From Candidatus Obscuribacterales bacterium (GTDB taxonomy: Bacteria; Cyanobacteriota; Vampirovibrionia; Obscuribacterales; Obscuribacteraceae): 64,000 nt of DNA. A program made the position numbers and the translations under genes. Where the stretch lies: positions 416,001 through 480,000 of the forward strand of contig CBDDIJ010000005.1 in assembly GCA_965228855.1 (NCBI GenBank), written 5' to 3'. Below are positions 9,159 through 18,286 of the stretch, in pieces. The notes below the pieces were generated by a model. The model saw nothing but the letters and a program-made list of their open reading frames with translations, was not told the DNA's origin and ran no database searches. Within the stretch, counting starts at the first letter, position 1. Each line of letters opens with the position of its first letter.

Positions 9159-10991
9159 ATGTTCAAGAAAATTCTTATTGCCAACCGTGGAGAGATTGCC
9201 GTTCGAGTCATTCAAGCCTGCCGCGAGCTTGACATCAAAGCCGTCGCAATTTTTTCGGAACCGGACAAAGACGGCAAGCACGTTCGCCTCGCTGACGAAG
9301 CCTGGAAGCTTGAGGGTCAGCCTGGAAAGGTTTACTTGGACTATCAACAAATACTCGAAATAGCGAAACGCGCAGGGGCGGAGGCTGTTCACCCCGGATA
9401 CGGTTTTCTCGCTGAAAACCAGGATTTCGCTCAGGCTTGTATAGACCAGGGCATCAAGTTCATCGGTCCGATGCCTGATGTGATTAAGCGTATGGGCTCC
9501 AAAGTCGAGTCGCGACGCGTGATGAAAGACGCGGGAGTCCCCGTCGTTCCCGGCACGACCGACCCCGTAACCGACCCTGCGGAAGTCAAAAAGCTTGGTA
9601 TCAAATACGGTTATCCTCTGGCTATCAAAGCCAGCGCCGGTGGTGGCGGTCGAGGATTGCGCGTGGTTCGCAAAGATGAGGACGTCGACAACGCCTTGTC
9701 CGGAGCACAACGTGAAGGAGCAAGCTACTTCGGCTCAGACGAAGTATATGTCGAAAAGTATTTGGATAAACCGAGACACATCGAAGTTCAGGTCATTGGA
9801 GACGAGCACGGCAACGTCGTTCATTTGTACGAACGGGATTGTTCAAGTCAACGCCGCCACCAGAAGCTGGTCGAAGAAACGCCGGCTGCGAAACTCGATC
9901 CAGGTCTCAAGGCCAGACTTCTCGAAGCCGCTGTTAAAGGAACGAAAGCACTCAATTACACTTCAGCCGGCACACTCGAATTCATGGTCGCCCAGGACGA
10001 GTTCTACTTTTTAGAGATGAACACTCGCGTCCAGGTAGAGCATCCGATTTCCGAGATGACGACTGGCGTAGACATCGTCAAAGAACAGATTCTCGTGGCT
10101 GCAGGGCACCCGCTTTCGTTTAAACAGGAAGAGATCAGCCAGCGTGGACATGCAATTGAATGCCGCATCAATGCAGAGGACGTGAATAAAAACTTCTTGC
10201 CGAACCCGGGAGACATCAGCGTGTATGTTGAACCGTCGTTGCCCTGGGTTCGAGTCGATAGCGCTTGTTACTCAGGCTATAAAGTAATTCCTTTCTACGA
10301 TTCGCTTCTCGCGAAGCTGGTCGTCTGGGGACGTACTAGACAGGAAGCGATTGCTAGAACACGAATAGCTCTTCGCGATTTCAAAATCCAGGGCGTGAAT
10401 ACCACAATACCGTTTCATCTAGCCATCATGGATGATCCAACCTTCCAAGCCGGCGAAGTACATACTTCATACGTCGAGCAAGAGTTTATGAAGCATTGGA
10501 AAGAAATCGCTGAAAAGTATTCGGTGGCGAAACCAGCTTCAGCTACCGCTTCGCCGGCAGGTGGAAACGGTGATGCGGCAGCGTCTGCGCTGCCGGAACG
10601 CTCGGAAGCACGTTCTTTCGAAGTGGAAGTAAATCAGAGAATGTTCAAGGTCGCCGTTGCGGAACTTGTTGAACCCGGGAAGGCGCGAGTGGCTGCCACC
10701 ACAAGCGGTGCAGCACCGAGAGCGGCGGCAACCGCGGCAAAGCCGAAGCGCTCAACCTCCATCTCCACAGCAAAGCCGGGTGAGATTCGCTCGACAATGA
10801 ACGGCGTCGTAAAAGACATCGTCGTCAAAGTTGGTGATAAAGTCGAGAATGGACAACGCGTGATCGTTTTCGAAGCAATGAAGATGGAATCGGATTTGAA
10901 CGCAAATAAGACCGGCACCGTATCCGGTATTAAGGTCAAAGTCGGTGAAACGGTTGAAAACGATGTTCTGCTTCTGACAATCGACGACTAA
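9159..10991 (+). CDS. accC: Biotin carboxylase fused to biotin carboxyl carrier domain (acyl-CoA carboxylase alpha subunit)
   Basis: ANRGEIA, HPGYGFLAEN, GGGGRG, ERDCSSQRRHQK, EMNTRVQVEH, followed by an Ala-rich linker and the EAMKM biotinylation motif. Confidence 0.93.
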   Translation: MFKKILIANRGEIAVRVIQACRELDIKAVAIFSEPDKDGKHVRLADEAWKLEGQPGKVYLDYQQILEIAKRAGAEAVHPGYGFLAENQDFAQACIDQGIKFIGPMPDVIKRMGSKVESRRVMKDAGVPVVPGTTDPVTDPAEVKKLGIKYGYPLAIKASAGGGGRGLRVVRKDEDVDNALSGAQREGASYFGSDEVYVEKYLDKPRHIEVQVIGDEHGNVVHLYERDCSSQRRHQKLVEETPAAKLDPGLKARLLEAAVKGTKALNYTSAGTLEFMVAQDEFYFLEMNTRVQVEHPISEMTTGVDIVKEQILVAAGHPLSFKQEEISQRGHAIECRINAEDVNKNFLPNPGDISVYVEPSLPWVRVDSACYSGYKVIPFYDSLLAKLVVWGRTRQEAIARTRIALRDFKIQGVNTTIPFHLAIMDDPTFQAGEVHTSYVEQEFMKHWKEIAEKYSVAKPASATASPAGGNGDAAASALPERSEARSFEVEVNQRMFKVAVAELVEPGKARVAATTSGAAPRAAATAAKPKRSTSISTAKPGEIRSTMNGVVKDIVVKVGDKVENGQRVIVFEAMKMESDLNANKTGTVSGIKVKVGETVENDVLLLTIDD

Positions 10992-11024
10992 AAAACGCAA
11001 CTAGAGAAACAATCAGGAGATCCA

Positions 11025-11510
11025 GTGCCTTCACCGAATTTCAGAATAGGACACGGTTTCGACATCCACAAATTGGGTGAAGGTATTCCACTGATTCTAG
11101 GTGGAATTAAAATTCCGCATACAAAAGGAAGTGTCGGGCACTCGGATGGCGATGTCGTCACTCACGCAATAATCGACGCATTGCTCGGCGCTGCGGCGAT
11201 GGGAGATATCGGAACACATTTCCCTCCCTCGGACGATTCGATCAAAGGCATCGACAGTATCCGAATGCTTGCAAAAATCATGGAGCTTTTGACCGCTGAA
11301 GGCTACATGGTTGGAAACGTCGATACTACAATCGTTTTGGAGAAACCAAAACTGTCTCCGCACTATCCAGGTATGCGCACCCGCCTGGCAGAAGTTTTGC
11401 GGATAGATGAAGATCGCATCGGTTTAAAAGCAAAGACATATGAGAAGATGGGCGACATTGGCGAGGGCAATGCAATTGCCGCTTACGCAGTCGCCTTGAT
11501 CTTCAAATAG
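11025..11510 (+). CDS. ispF: 2-C-methyl-D-erythritol 2,4-cyclodiphosphate synthase
   Basis: RIGHGFDIH, HSDGDV..HAIIDALLGA..GDIG.HFP, KAKT.E. Confidence 0.97.
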   Translation: MPSPNFRIGHGFDIHKLGEGIPLILGGIKIPHTKGSVGHSDGDVVTHAIIDALLGAAAMGDIGTHFPPSDDSIKGIDSIRMLAKIMELLTAEGYMVGNVDTTIVLEKPKLSPHYPGMRTRLAEVLRIDEDRIGLKAKTYEKMGDIGEGNAIAAYAVALIFK

Positions 11511-11545
11511 GAACGCGCACGACTCACTTACATTCAGGAGCGCAC

Positions 11546-13285
11546 ATGATGTCAGATGGCAATGTAGAAGTTCTTATAGTCGGCGCCGGTCCTACCGGAC
11601 TCACTCTAGCGTGTGAACTGGCAAGACACGGAGTAAGCTTCCGTATCGTCGATAAAAACGCGGTTGCCTCGGACCTCTCGAAGGCGCTCGCAGTTCATGC
11701 CCGCACGCTTGAAGTCTTCGAAGATATGGGCATCGTAGACCGATTTTTGACTTTCGGACTAAAACTGAAGGCAATCAACGTGTACGCCGATGAAAAGCAA
11801 ATCGCGCACATGACGCTCGACGAGCTGGATAGCGCTTACTCATTTGCTCTGTCGCTCCCGCAGAGCGATACAGAACGAATACTTATGGAGCGGCTTGCAG
11901 AGCTCGGTTACGCAGTTGAGCGCTCGGTAGAAGTAGTTGAACTCAGCCAGAACGACGATGGCGTCGAGTGCAAGGTGAAGAGTCCTCACAACGGCGAAGA
12001 ATCAATCAAAACACGATGGGTTGTGGGTTGCGATGGTGCGCACAGCATCGTTCGCAAGCAACTGAAGCTTGATTTTGAAGGCACCAAGTATCCGGACTTA
12101 CTGCAACTCGGCGACGTTGAAGTGCATGGACCACTCGTACATGATGAATTGTACGTGCTCAATTCCGACAAAGGATTGATCGCGCTATTCCCATATGGCG
12201 GCAACAGGTATCGCCTGGCAGCGGTGGACCTGGACAGGGACAGCAAAGGAGAGTCGGACGTTTTACCCGAGCCATCGCTTGAGGATCTTCAAGCTCTCGT
12301 CGATGAGCGATCGCTGTTTCCGCTCAAACTATCAAACATGCACTGGTCTGCAGCGCTCTATTTGCAACGACGACACGTAACCCACTACCGTGTCGGGAAC
12401 TGTTTTCTCGCCGGCGACGCCGCGCACATACACAGCCCGGCGGGCGGTCAAGGCATGAACACAGGAATTCAAGACAGTTACAATCTGGCGTGGAAAATGG
12501 CTCTGGTTTCACGTGGTGTTTCCAGCGATTTGCTCCTCGATTCGTACAACGCGGAACGCCTTGGTATCGCCATTGATGTTTTGAAACTTACGGATTTCAT
12601 GATGAAGGTCAACACGCTAAAAAATCCTGTAGCGAAAAAACTCAGAGACACATTGGCTCCGGTTCTCTCAGCACAAGAGGTTGTTCAGAAACGTGCTCGC
12701 AGCGGCATTGCGGAATTATCATTGAACTATCGAGATAGTCCTATTGTCGAAGAGCACGTCTCCTCCATCGTAGAGGCAATTGCGCCTAAGCAAGACATGC
12801 CATCACTCTCGGATCACTTTGCGTTTAAAAACGGTCCGGAAGCGGGAGATCGAGCGCCGGATGCTTTCCTCAAGGCGCCAACCGTAGGCAAGGATGAACA
12901 GGAAAAGGATCCACTACGATTGTATGAGATTCTTCATGGCACAAGGCACGTCCTTCTGATCTTTTCTGGTGACGAGACCACTCACGAAGAAATTGACCTG
13001 TTTAAAGCTACCGCCGTTAGTATCGGTAAACTCCCGGATGGTCTGGTTGAAACGGTCATTATAGTAGACTCAGAAGACAGCAAAAGGCATTGCGCGCAGC
13101 TTGATACCATAGACAATTTCCGAGTGCTCTGCGACTGGGAGATGTCCACACATCACCGTTACGGCGCCGGCGCCAATTGCATGTATTTGATCAGACCGGA
13201 TGGTTACGTTGGGTTTAGATCACAACCAATGGATTTGGATCTGTTGAATTCATACTTCAAACGCATTTTCGATAAGTCGTTTTAA
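11546..13285 (+). CDS. FAD-dependent aromatic monooxygenase (PheA/TfdB-like)
   Basis: GAGPTG, GCDGAHS, GDAAHIHSPAGGQGMNTG, and a C-terminal thioredoxin-like domain with LIRPDGYV. Confidence 0.9.
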   Translation: MMSDGNVEVLIVGAGPTGLTLACELARHGVSFRIVDKNAVASDLSKALAVHARTLEVFEDMGIVDRFLTFGLKLKAINVYADEKQIAHMTLDELDSAYSFALSLPQSDTERILMERLAELGYAVERSVEVVELSQNDDGVECKVKSPHNGEESIKTRWVVGCDGAHSIVRKQLKLDFEGTKYPDLLQLGDVEVHGPLVHDELYVLNSDKGLIALFPYGGNRYRLAAVDLDRDSKGESDVLPEPSLEDLQALVDERSLFPLKLSNMHWSAALYLQRRHVTHYRVGNCFLAGDAAHIHSPAGGQGMNTGIQDSYNLAWKMALVSRGVSSDLLLDSYNAERLGIAIDVLKLTDFMMKVNTLKNPVAKKLRDTLAPVLSAQEVVQKRARSGIAELSLNYRDSPIVEEHVSSIVEAIAPKQDMPSLSDHFAFKNGPEAGDRAPDAFLKAPTVGKDEQEKDPLRLYEILHGTRHVLLIFSGDETTHEEIDLFKATAVSIGKLPDGLVETVIIVDSEDSKRHCAQLDTIDNFRVLCDWEMSTHHRYGAGANCMYLIRPDGYVGFRSQPMDLDLLNSYFKRIFDKSF

Positions 13286-13288
13286 ACG

Positions 13289-14821
13289 CTACTTTTCTTC
13301 ATAGCCCTTTCCGACCTTCTCGTCAACGATTTGATCGTAGTACTGTTTTGCAGCACTGCTGTTGGGAAACGACTTCGTTTTTTCCTGCCCGTTCGTGCCG
13401 ATCCGACCGTATTTGACCGTAACATCATTGCCGTTCAGCACAATCGACCAGAATTTGCTGGACGAGCCTTCCACAAATTCGAAATATCTTGGCTGTTTGC
13501 CATCAGAAGTACTGCCACCAACTGCGGTGCCGCCTGTTTCGGGCGCAAGACTTTTCTCCTCAGGCGAAAACTGATTTGTTGAACCCACCAGGGACTGATG
13601 ACAATCAGAACAATAACAAAAGTGCGCTCCAACAACGGCTGGTTGAATAATTTCGATATCAGTTTCTGAGACTGCCCGCGGGGAGAAGTTCAACACATTG
13701 CTTTTAGTAGTAGAATTCACGACATCCCCCATCACTTCATCCGGCAAACTGTCGACATCGATTCTCGCACGCACGAATGATGGAAACCTCGGCACGCCGG
13801 CATCGGTCAATTCCTGGTAGCGGAAAGTTACGATACTGCCAATGGGCGGCGGATTGGCTCGCTCTTTGTCGGTGAAACCGGTACCGATAGCAAACTTTAT
13901 CCCGTTGGAAAGTTCGACACTGAGAGCCCCCATCTTGCCTTTGTGCTTTCCGGTTCCAGGCAAATATTCGAGGACGCGCGCCTCGGCATCATGAAAGGTT
14001 TTGACTTTGAGCAAACTGTGAGAACGGCCGTACTCATAACGCGAGTTAGGTTGCCGAAGCATAAGACCTTCACCGCCTGCAGCCTCCACTCGCTTCAACT
14101 CCTCAGTCAAATGCGCAACGTCGCGGCATCGTTCTTGCAAGTGAGGAGTCGCGTAACGAGGTCGGGTTTCATCCAACAGCTGCTGAAGATAAGCCATCCG
14201 CGCCTCGAAGACGTCGTCGACCTGAGGCGCATCGAATACGAGATACTTAACTTCTTCCCATTCCTTACCGCGATCCTGCCGCCGAACGATACTCACCGTG
14301 CGTTGAAACGTTTTGCGAGCAATCCATAACTCACCGTCAAGATGCACATCGCTAGGTAGGTCTTCGGTAAACCAATCCGGAGCCGTAAAGATGTTGCCCT
14401 GGCGAGAAACAAACTGTTTACCATCCCAATAAGCGCGCACGCCATCGAGTTTCTCGCTCATCCACCAACCGGTTAGGTCGGATGAGTTGTCCCAGGCGTG
14501 TGCAAGCAAAATACCTGGAATCAGTTCCTCTACTGCGCCACCACTAGCGCCACTAGAGGAAACTGGTAAGGCGATTCTTGAAGGGAATTTCGATTTAGCA
14601 GTCACGGCCTTCGCAGGTAACTCACCGCCCAGACGCTCGATTTCCGCCGCATCACCACGATATTTGCGCAGATGTTTGCACGTTCGCTTCTCGATCGGAT
14701 GCGATTGCGTCCGCCATGCAGGACAGCTGCAAGAGTAAACCCCGCCGGTATTCTTCAAAATATACGGATCCTTCGCTGAGCCCTGAATTTCTACCGATTC
14801 ACCATCTTCAATATCCGGCAT
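13289..14821 (-). CDS. ATP-dependent DNA ligase with N-terminal SWIM-type zinc finger and C-terminal WGR domain
   Basis: YSCSCPAW...CKH (SWIM), SEKLDGVRAYW (motif I, KxDG), LDGELW, FD, EGLMLR, LLKVK, OB fold with FAIGTGF and TFRYQELT..GVPRFP. C-terminal SSKFW...YGRIGTNGQ...KVGKGY (WGR). Start placed at ATG 14821. Confidence 0.9.
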   Translation of the reverse strand: MPDIEDGESVEIQGSAKDPYILKNTGGVYSCSCPAWRTQSHPIEKRTCKHLRKYRGDAAEIERLGGELPAKAVTAKSKFPSRIALPVSSSGASGGAVEELIPGILLAHAWDNSSDLTGWWMSEKLDGVRAYWDGKQFVSRQGNIFTAPDWFTEDLPSDVHLDGELWIARKTFQRTVSIVRRQDRGKEWEEVKYLVFDAPQVDDVFEARMAYLQQLLDETRPRYATPHLQERCRDVAHLTEELKRVEAAGGEGLMLRQPNSRYEYGRSHSLLKVKTFHDAEARVLEYLPGTGKHKGKMGALSVELSNGIKFAIGTGFTDKERANPPPIGSIVTFRYQELTDAGVPRFPSFVRARIDVDSLPDEVMGDVVNSTTKSNVLNFSPRAVSETDIEIIQPAVVGAHFCYCSDCHQSLVGSTNQFSPEEKSLAPETGGTAVGGSTSDGKQPRYFEFVEGSSSKFWSIVLNGNDVTVKYGRIGTNGQEKTKSFPNSSAAKQYYDQIVDEKVGKGYEEK

Positions 14822-14915
14822 CGTACACCCTCGTCGACTGCGGGTAATTTGCCACATAACGCAGGCATCAAATCGTCAGCCCGATTAACTTTACGAGCTG
14901 GCGAACGCCATTGAC

Positions 14916-15770
14916 TCAAACAACCAGTGGTATGCGCTCGAGTACGCCATCTCCGAAGGTTGCATAAAGACCGAGTTCGTTCATGTGGACATAGCCGATG
15001 TGACATCCGCAAACGGAGTTCGTGCATGGCGTTTCGATCAAGGCGCTCTCGAAGTTCGGATCGTAGATGTTCGCCACGGTCCCGGAAATGAAATGACAGC
15101 GCTTTATGTCACCCGCACCATCGACGGAAATGACTGCGGAACCCGCACGGCAAGCCTTCCCAAGACTTGAATGGTACTGATTATTGATAGGAAACATTGG
15201 ATCGATTGACGTCAAAAACTCAACCTCACCAGCCTCGTAGTAGTTTTCAACCCGCTTGAAAGCATTGACCCACAGGTAAACCCCAGGGGATAACTCACGA
15301 CGTAAGGAAACGATATCGTCGAAGTGCTCACGCAGTCCAACTACGCCGACAGAGAAACGTATTCCGCGCTCCTCCAGTTCGAGGCATTTCGAGAGGAAAC
15401 GTTCTCGCGGCGTTTCAGTTGGATGGAAGGTAGTCCACAAAGCTAGCTTGGCCCTGTCGCATCGCTCCACCCAGTCCAAATTGCAAGAAAGATTTGTTTG
15501 AATCGCAGCCTTGTCTATGGTATCGCTGGCGGTGAGGGCTATAAGTGCATCCTGATACCGTTTCCGAATTAAAGCTTCGCCCCATGGAGTGAACAAAACT
15601 GACAGGCGGAATTTCGTTTGAGATGTAGCCCACCTCACGAATCGCTTGAGCTGACGCTCATCTTCGGCGTGTTCCTCAACGGTTTCATGATGCTTCGCAA
15701 ACGGGCAATACTCACAACCGTAGTTGCAACTAGAGAGCGGACCGCGATAAAGGATTGATAGACTCTTCAA
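14916..15770 (-). CDS. STM4011-family radical SAM protein
   Basis: ILYRGPLSSCNYGCEYCPFAK (CxxxCxxC), FTPWGEAL, QTNLS, LWTTFHP, Cys-rich C-terminal CRAG...CHF...CTNSVCGCHIGY. Confidence 0.85.
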   Translation of the reverse strand: MKSLSILYRGPLSSCNYGCEYCPFAKHHETVEEHAEDERQLKRFVRWATSQTKFRLSVLFTPWGEALIRKRYQDALIALTASDTIDKAAIQTNLSCNLDWVERCDRAKLALWTTFHPTETPRERFLSKCLELEERGIRFSVGVVGLREHFDDIVSLRRELSPGVYLWVNAFKRVENYYEAGEVEFLTSIDPMFPINNQYHSSLGKACRAGSAVISVDGAGDIKRCHFISGTVANIYDPNFESALIETPCTNSVCGCHIGYVHMNELGLYATFGDGVLERIPLVV

Positions 15771-15775
15771 AGAAT

Positions 15776-17152
15776 TTACCTGTTCTCGTAAGAGTCCATT
15801 TTCTCTTTTACGTCAGCCGAGTAAAGTTCAAAACCAATTCGATCCGACCACGCCAAGCCGTTTTCAGTAAGATACATTCGACCGTCCACAGTCTCAACAA
15901 GTTTAAGATTCTGCAACTCGTTTAACTCGTTTGAAAAATCAGAAAGCAACGCTTCGTTGAATCGTGAGTAGTATTCATCGAAAGACAAACCATCTAGTTG
16001 TAATAACGACTGAATTACGAACCGGCGCTTTCGTTCCTCATCGTTCAAAACGAAACCATAGTCCGCGAAAGCAAACGAGTCGGATGAGGCATTGACGTAG
16101 TCATGCAAAATGTCACGAATCGGCTTCTGACCGACGGCGTACCTCATAGAATAGTGGTGCGCAGAAGTATAGGACCTCGCTCCACATCCGATACCAATCA
16201 TGCCGTCATCCTGGCAGCAGTAAACAGGTTTTGAAACTGAGTCTCGCTCTCGTCGCTCGAACATGCGCATCGACGACTGTTGATATCCGTTGTCCGTTAA
16301 AACGGTGCGCGCCTGGCGATACAGCTCCAGACGAATATCGGCGGTTTCCATACCAGCCGTTTCCCTACCGACACTTTGCCGTCCCATACCAGTTAGCGGC
16401 CTAATGTACAGTGGATAGAGATAAACTTGCTCAGGTTCGTAACTCAAAGTTTCACTTAGTGTTTGCATCCAGGTGTCAAATGTTTGCCCGGGCAAGCCGT
16501 ACATAAGATCGACGTTCAACGTTGGGAAGTTAAACTGCTTCAACCGCTCAAGCGCACGTCGGACAACATTCGAATCTTGAGACCGACCAATTGCTCTAAC
16601 TTCTGACTCGATAAAACTTTGAATTCCTATACTTAGTCGTTCAACTCCGCGCTCTTTCAAAACACTGAGTTTCTCGGTCTCCGCAGTGTATGGTGACGTC
16701 TCCACTGAGCAGGGTGCTTGTTCGGGATCTGTTTTGAAAACGCGATCGACTATGTCAAATAAACGTTCTAAATCGGTAGCGTTCAAATATGTCGGTGTGC
16801 CACCGCCTAATGCCATGCGAGCAAACGAAGCATTGCCCAGCGCTTCGGCAACTTCATGGCACTGACGCTCAACGGCGTCTAAGTACTGTTTCTCCAGCGA
16901 AGCTTCCGGATTTGTGGTTGTGAACAAATTGCAAAAGCCGCATCTCATCTCACAAAACGGAATGTGGAGATAGAGAAACAAAGCGTCGCGTTTCTCCGCT
17001 TTCCAAAGTTCCTTCAGTGGAACAGGCTGCGGGAAGTCGCGGTAAGCCGTTTTATGCGGATAAGAATACGAGTACGCTTGATAGCGCGTATCTGCGCCAT
17101 CCACGAACCGACGGGGAACGGTCACGGAACCACTGGTGGTATCACGCACCAC
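15776..17152 (-). CDS. STM4012-family HemN-like radical SAM protein
   Basis: YSYSYPHKTAY, LYLHIPFCEMRCGFCNLF, GGGTPT, RLSIGIQSF, DLMYGLPGQ, YCCQDDGMIGIGCGARSY. Confidence 0.88.
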   Translation of the reverse strand: MVRDTTSGSVTVPRRFVDGADTRYQAYSYSYPHKTAYRDFPQPVPLKELWKAEKRDALFLYLHIPFCEMRCGFCNLFTTTNPEASLEKQYLDAVERQCHEVAEALGNASFARMALGGGTPTYLNATDLERLFDIVDRVFKTDPEQAPCSVETSPYTAETEKLSVLKERGVERLSIGIQSFIESEVRAIGRSQDSNVVRRALERLKQFNFPTLNVDLMYGLPGQTFDTWMQTLSETLSYEPEQVYLYPLYIRPLTGMGRQSVGRETAGMETADIRLELYRQARTVLTDNGYQQSSMRMFERRERDSVSKPVYCCQDDGMIGIGCGARSYTSAHHYSMRYAVGQKPIRDILHDYVNASSDSFAFADYGFVLNDEERKRRFVIQSLLQLDGLSFDEYYSRFNEALLSDFSNELNELQNLKLVETVDGRMYLTENGLAWSDRIGFELYSADVKEKMDSYENR

Positions 17153-17646
17153 TAGCTTTTCTCCTTCTTCTGCTTCATCGCCTTTTTCAGAGCTTCAAGT
17201 TCAGCATCAAGAGAAAGTGACTTTGACTCGCGTTCAAACTTTCTCTCGTCATCTTTCGCCGACAATTCAGCCAGTGCTTCCTTCTCGAAGATCTTGCCTT
17301 CCAACCTTTGAAGCGTTTCCTCACCATCATCGAAATCGGGCATGCTCGGCGGCGGCGGAATATTGACGTTATGCTCAAGTTTTGAAAGCGTCACCTTCAG
17401 TTGCTTTTCCAAATCTTCTTGAGACATCAAATCAGCTTCCAGTTCTGCAATTAGAAGCTCCAGCGACCTTATTCGATCGGTGACTTCCTTTTCGACATCG
17501 TCCGCCCCGGTTTTCTGCGTGATCGCCAGACGTTTACGCCAGGTCGCAAGCTCGCCTTTCGACTTATCCAGCTTCTCTTTGATCAACTTTTGAGATGTTA
17601 CGGCCTCAATGAGCGCGTTTCGCACCTCAGCGATTTCTTCGGACAT
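17152..17646 (-). CDS. Short PspA/IM30 (Vipp1-like) family protein
   Basis: Coiled coil with W.KR...A, RLEGKI..KEA.AEL, ERKF and LDAELEALKKAM, typical of PspA. ATG 17646 has a GGAG RBS; the stop overlaps the STM4012 start. Confidence 0.75.
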   Translation of the reverse strand: MSEEIAEVRNALIEAVTSQKLIKEKLDKSKGELATWRKRLAITQKTGADDVEKEVTDRIRSLELLIAELEADLMSQEDLEKQLKVTLSKLEHNVNIPPPPSMPDFDDGEETLQRLEGKIFEKEALAELSAKDDERKFERESKSLSLDAELEALKKAMKQKKEKS

Positions 17647-17739
17647 ATGCTCTCCAATAGCGCGCAACAGCCTTCAACAGGTTATTCATCGGTCACATCC
17701 ACCTCCACGCTCCCATATCAAGGTCGTCGTTTGCGGCTG

Positions 17740-17768
17740 ATTATATTTTAGCTCCTGTTGCCTTTAAA
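17740..17768 (-). promoter_or_regulatory. Candidate sigma70 promoter for the pspA-like/radical SAM/ligase unit
   Basis: TTTAAA - 17 nt - TATAAT on the minus strand, about 95 nt upstream of the pspA-like ATG. Confidence 0.5.
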
Positions 17769-17884
17769 CCTTGCACCTTACTCAGAGCAACATGACCACA
17801 GTCACGCGCAGATATGACATATCTCAATCGTTTCGCCCAACGGTAAACGAGAGAATAAATTCATCAAACATCTGAGGAGCGCAA

Positions 17885-18274
17885 ATGTATCAAAACTCAG
17901 ACCATCGTCTACTTGAACTGAACCCGCTTTTTTCCTCTTGTATTCTAGGTTCGCTCTTTACTTCACTTCTGGTTCTCAGCGCAGCTGCCTTCCCGCAGAT
18001 CGTAGACCTGATGGTCGGAACCGCTTTCAATTGCCTTCTCCATCCCACAACCGTACTGCTCAATCCGCTCAGCTGGATCACAATTACGCCTAACATCATG
18101 TTCTGTGCTCTAGGCTACTTCTTTTTCAAGGGACAGGACGTGGCGATAGCGTTCTGGCTTACTGCCTACGCTCACTTTACGATCACGATACTTCTTATAC
18201 AGGCTTTGGGGAACAGGAGCGTGGTTCACGTTAAACGACGCAAGGCACGGATTTGCGGAGCAATCTACGCATAG
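17885..18274 (+). CDS. Hypothetical small multi-pass membrane protein
   Basis: GAGGAG RBS, 3-4 hydrophobic segments, basic C-terminal tail. Confidence 0.6.
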   Translation: MYQNSDHRLLELNPLFSSCILGSLFTSLLVLSAAAFPQIVDLMVGTAFNCLLHPTTVLLNPLSWITITPNIMFCALGYFFFKGQDVAIAFWLTAYAHFTITILLIQALGNRSVVHVKRRKARICGAIYA

Positions 18275-18286
18275 TCGGAAACCGGT

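Noticed and set aside
9030..9710. 226-aa ORF antisense to accC, and similar shadow ORFs opposite pheT (45884..46696) and accA/accD (34083..34844)
   Set aside because: They overlap well-supported genes on the other strand and show no recognisable domains.
17693..17716. Mini-ORF MGAWRWM as a Trp attenuator peptide
   Set aside because: No clear RBS or terminator/antiterminator, and the downstream genes are unrelated to Trp; likely chance.
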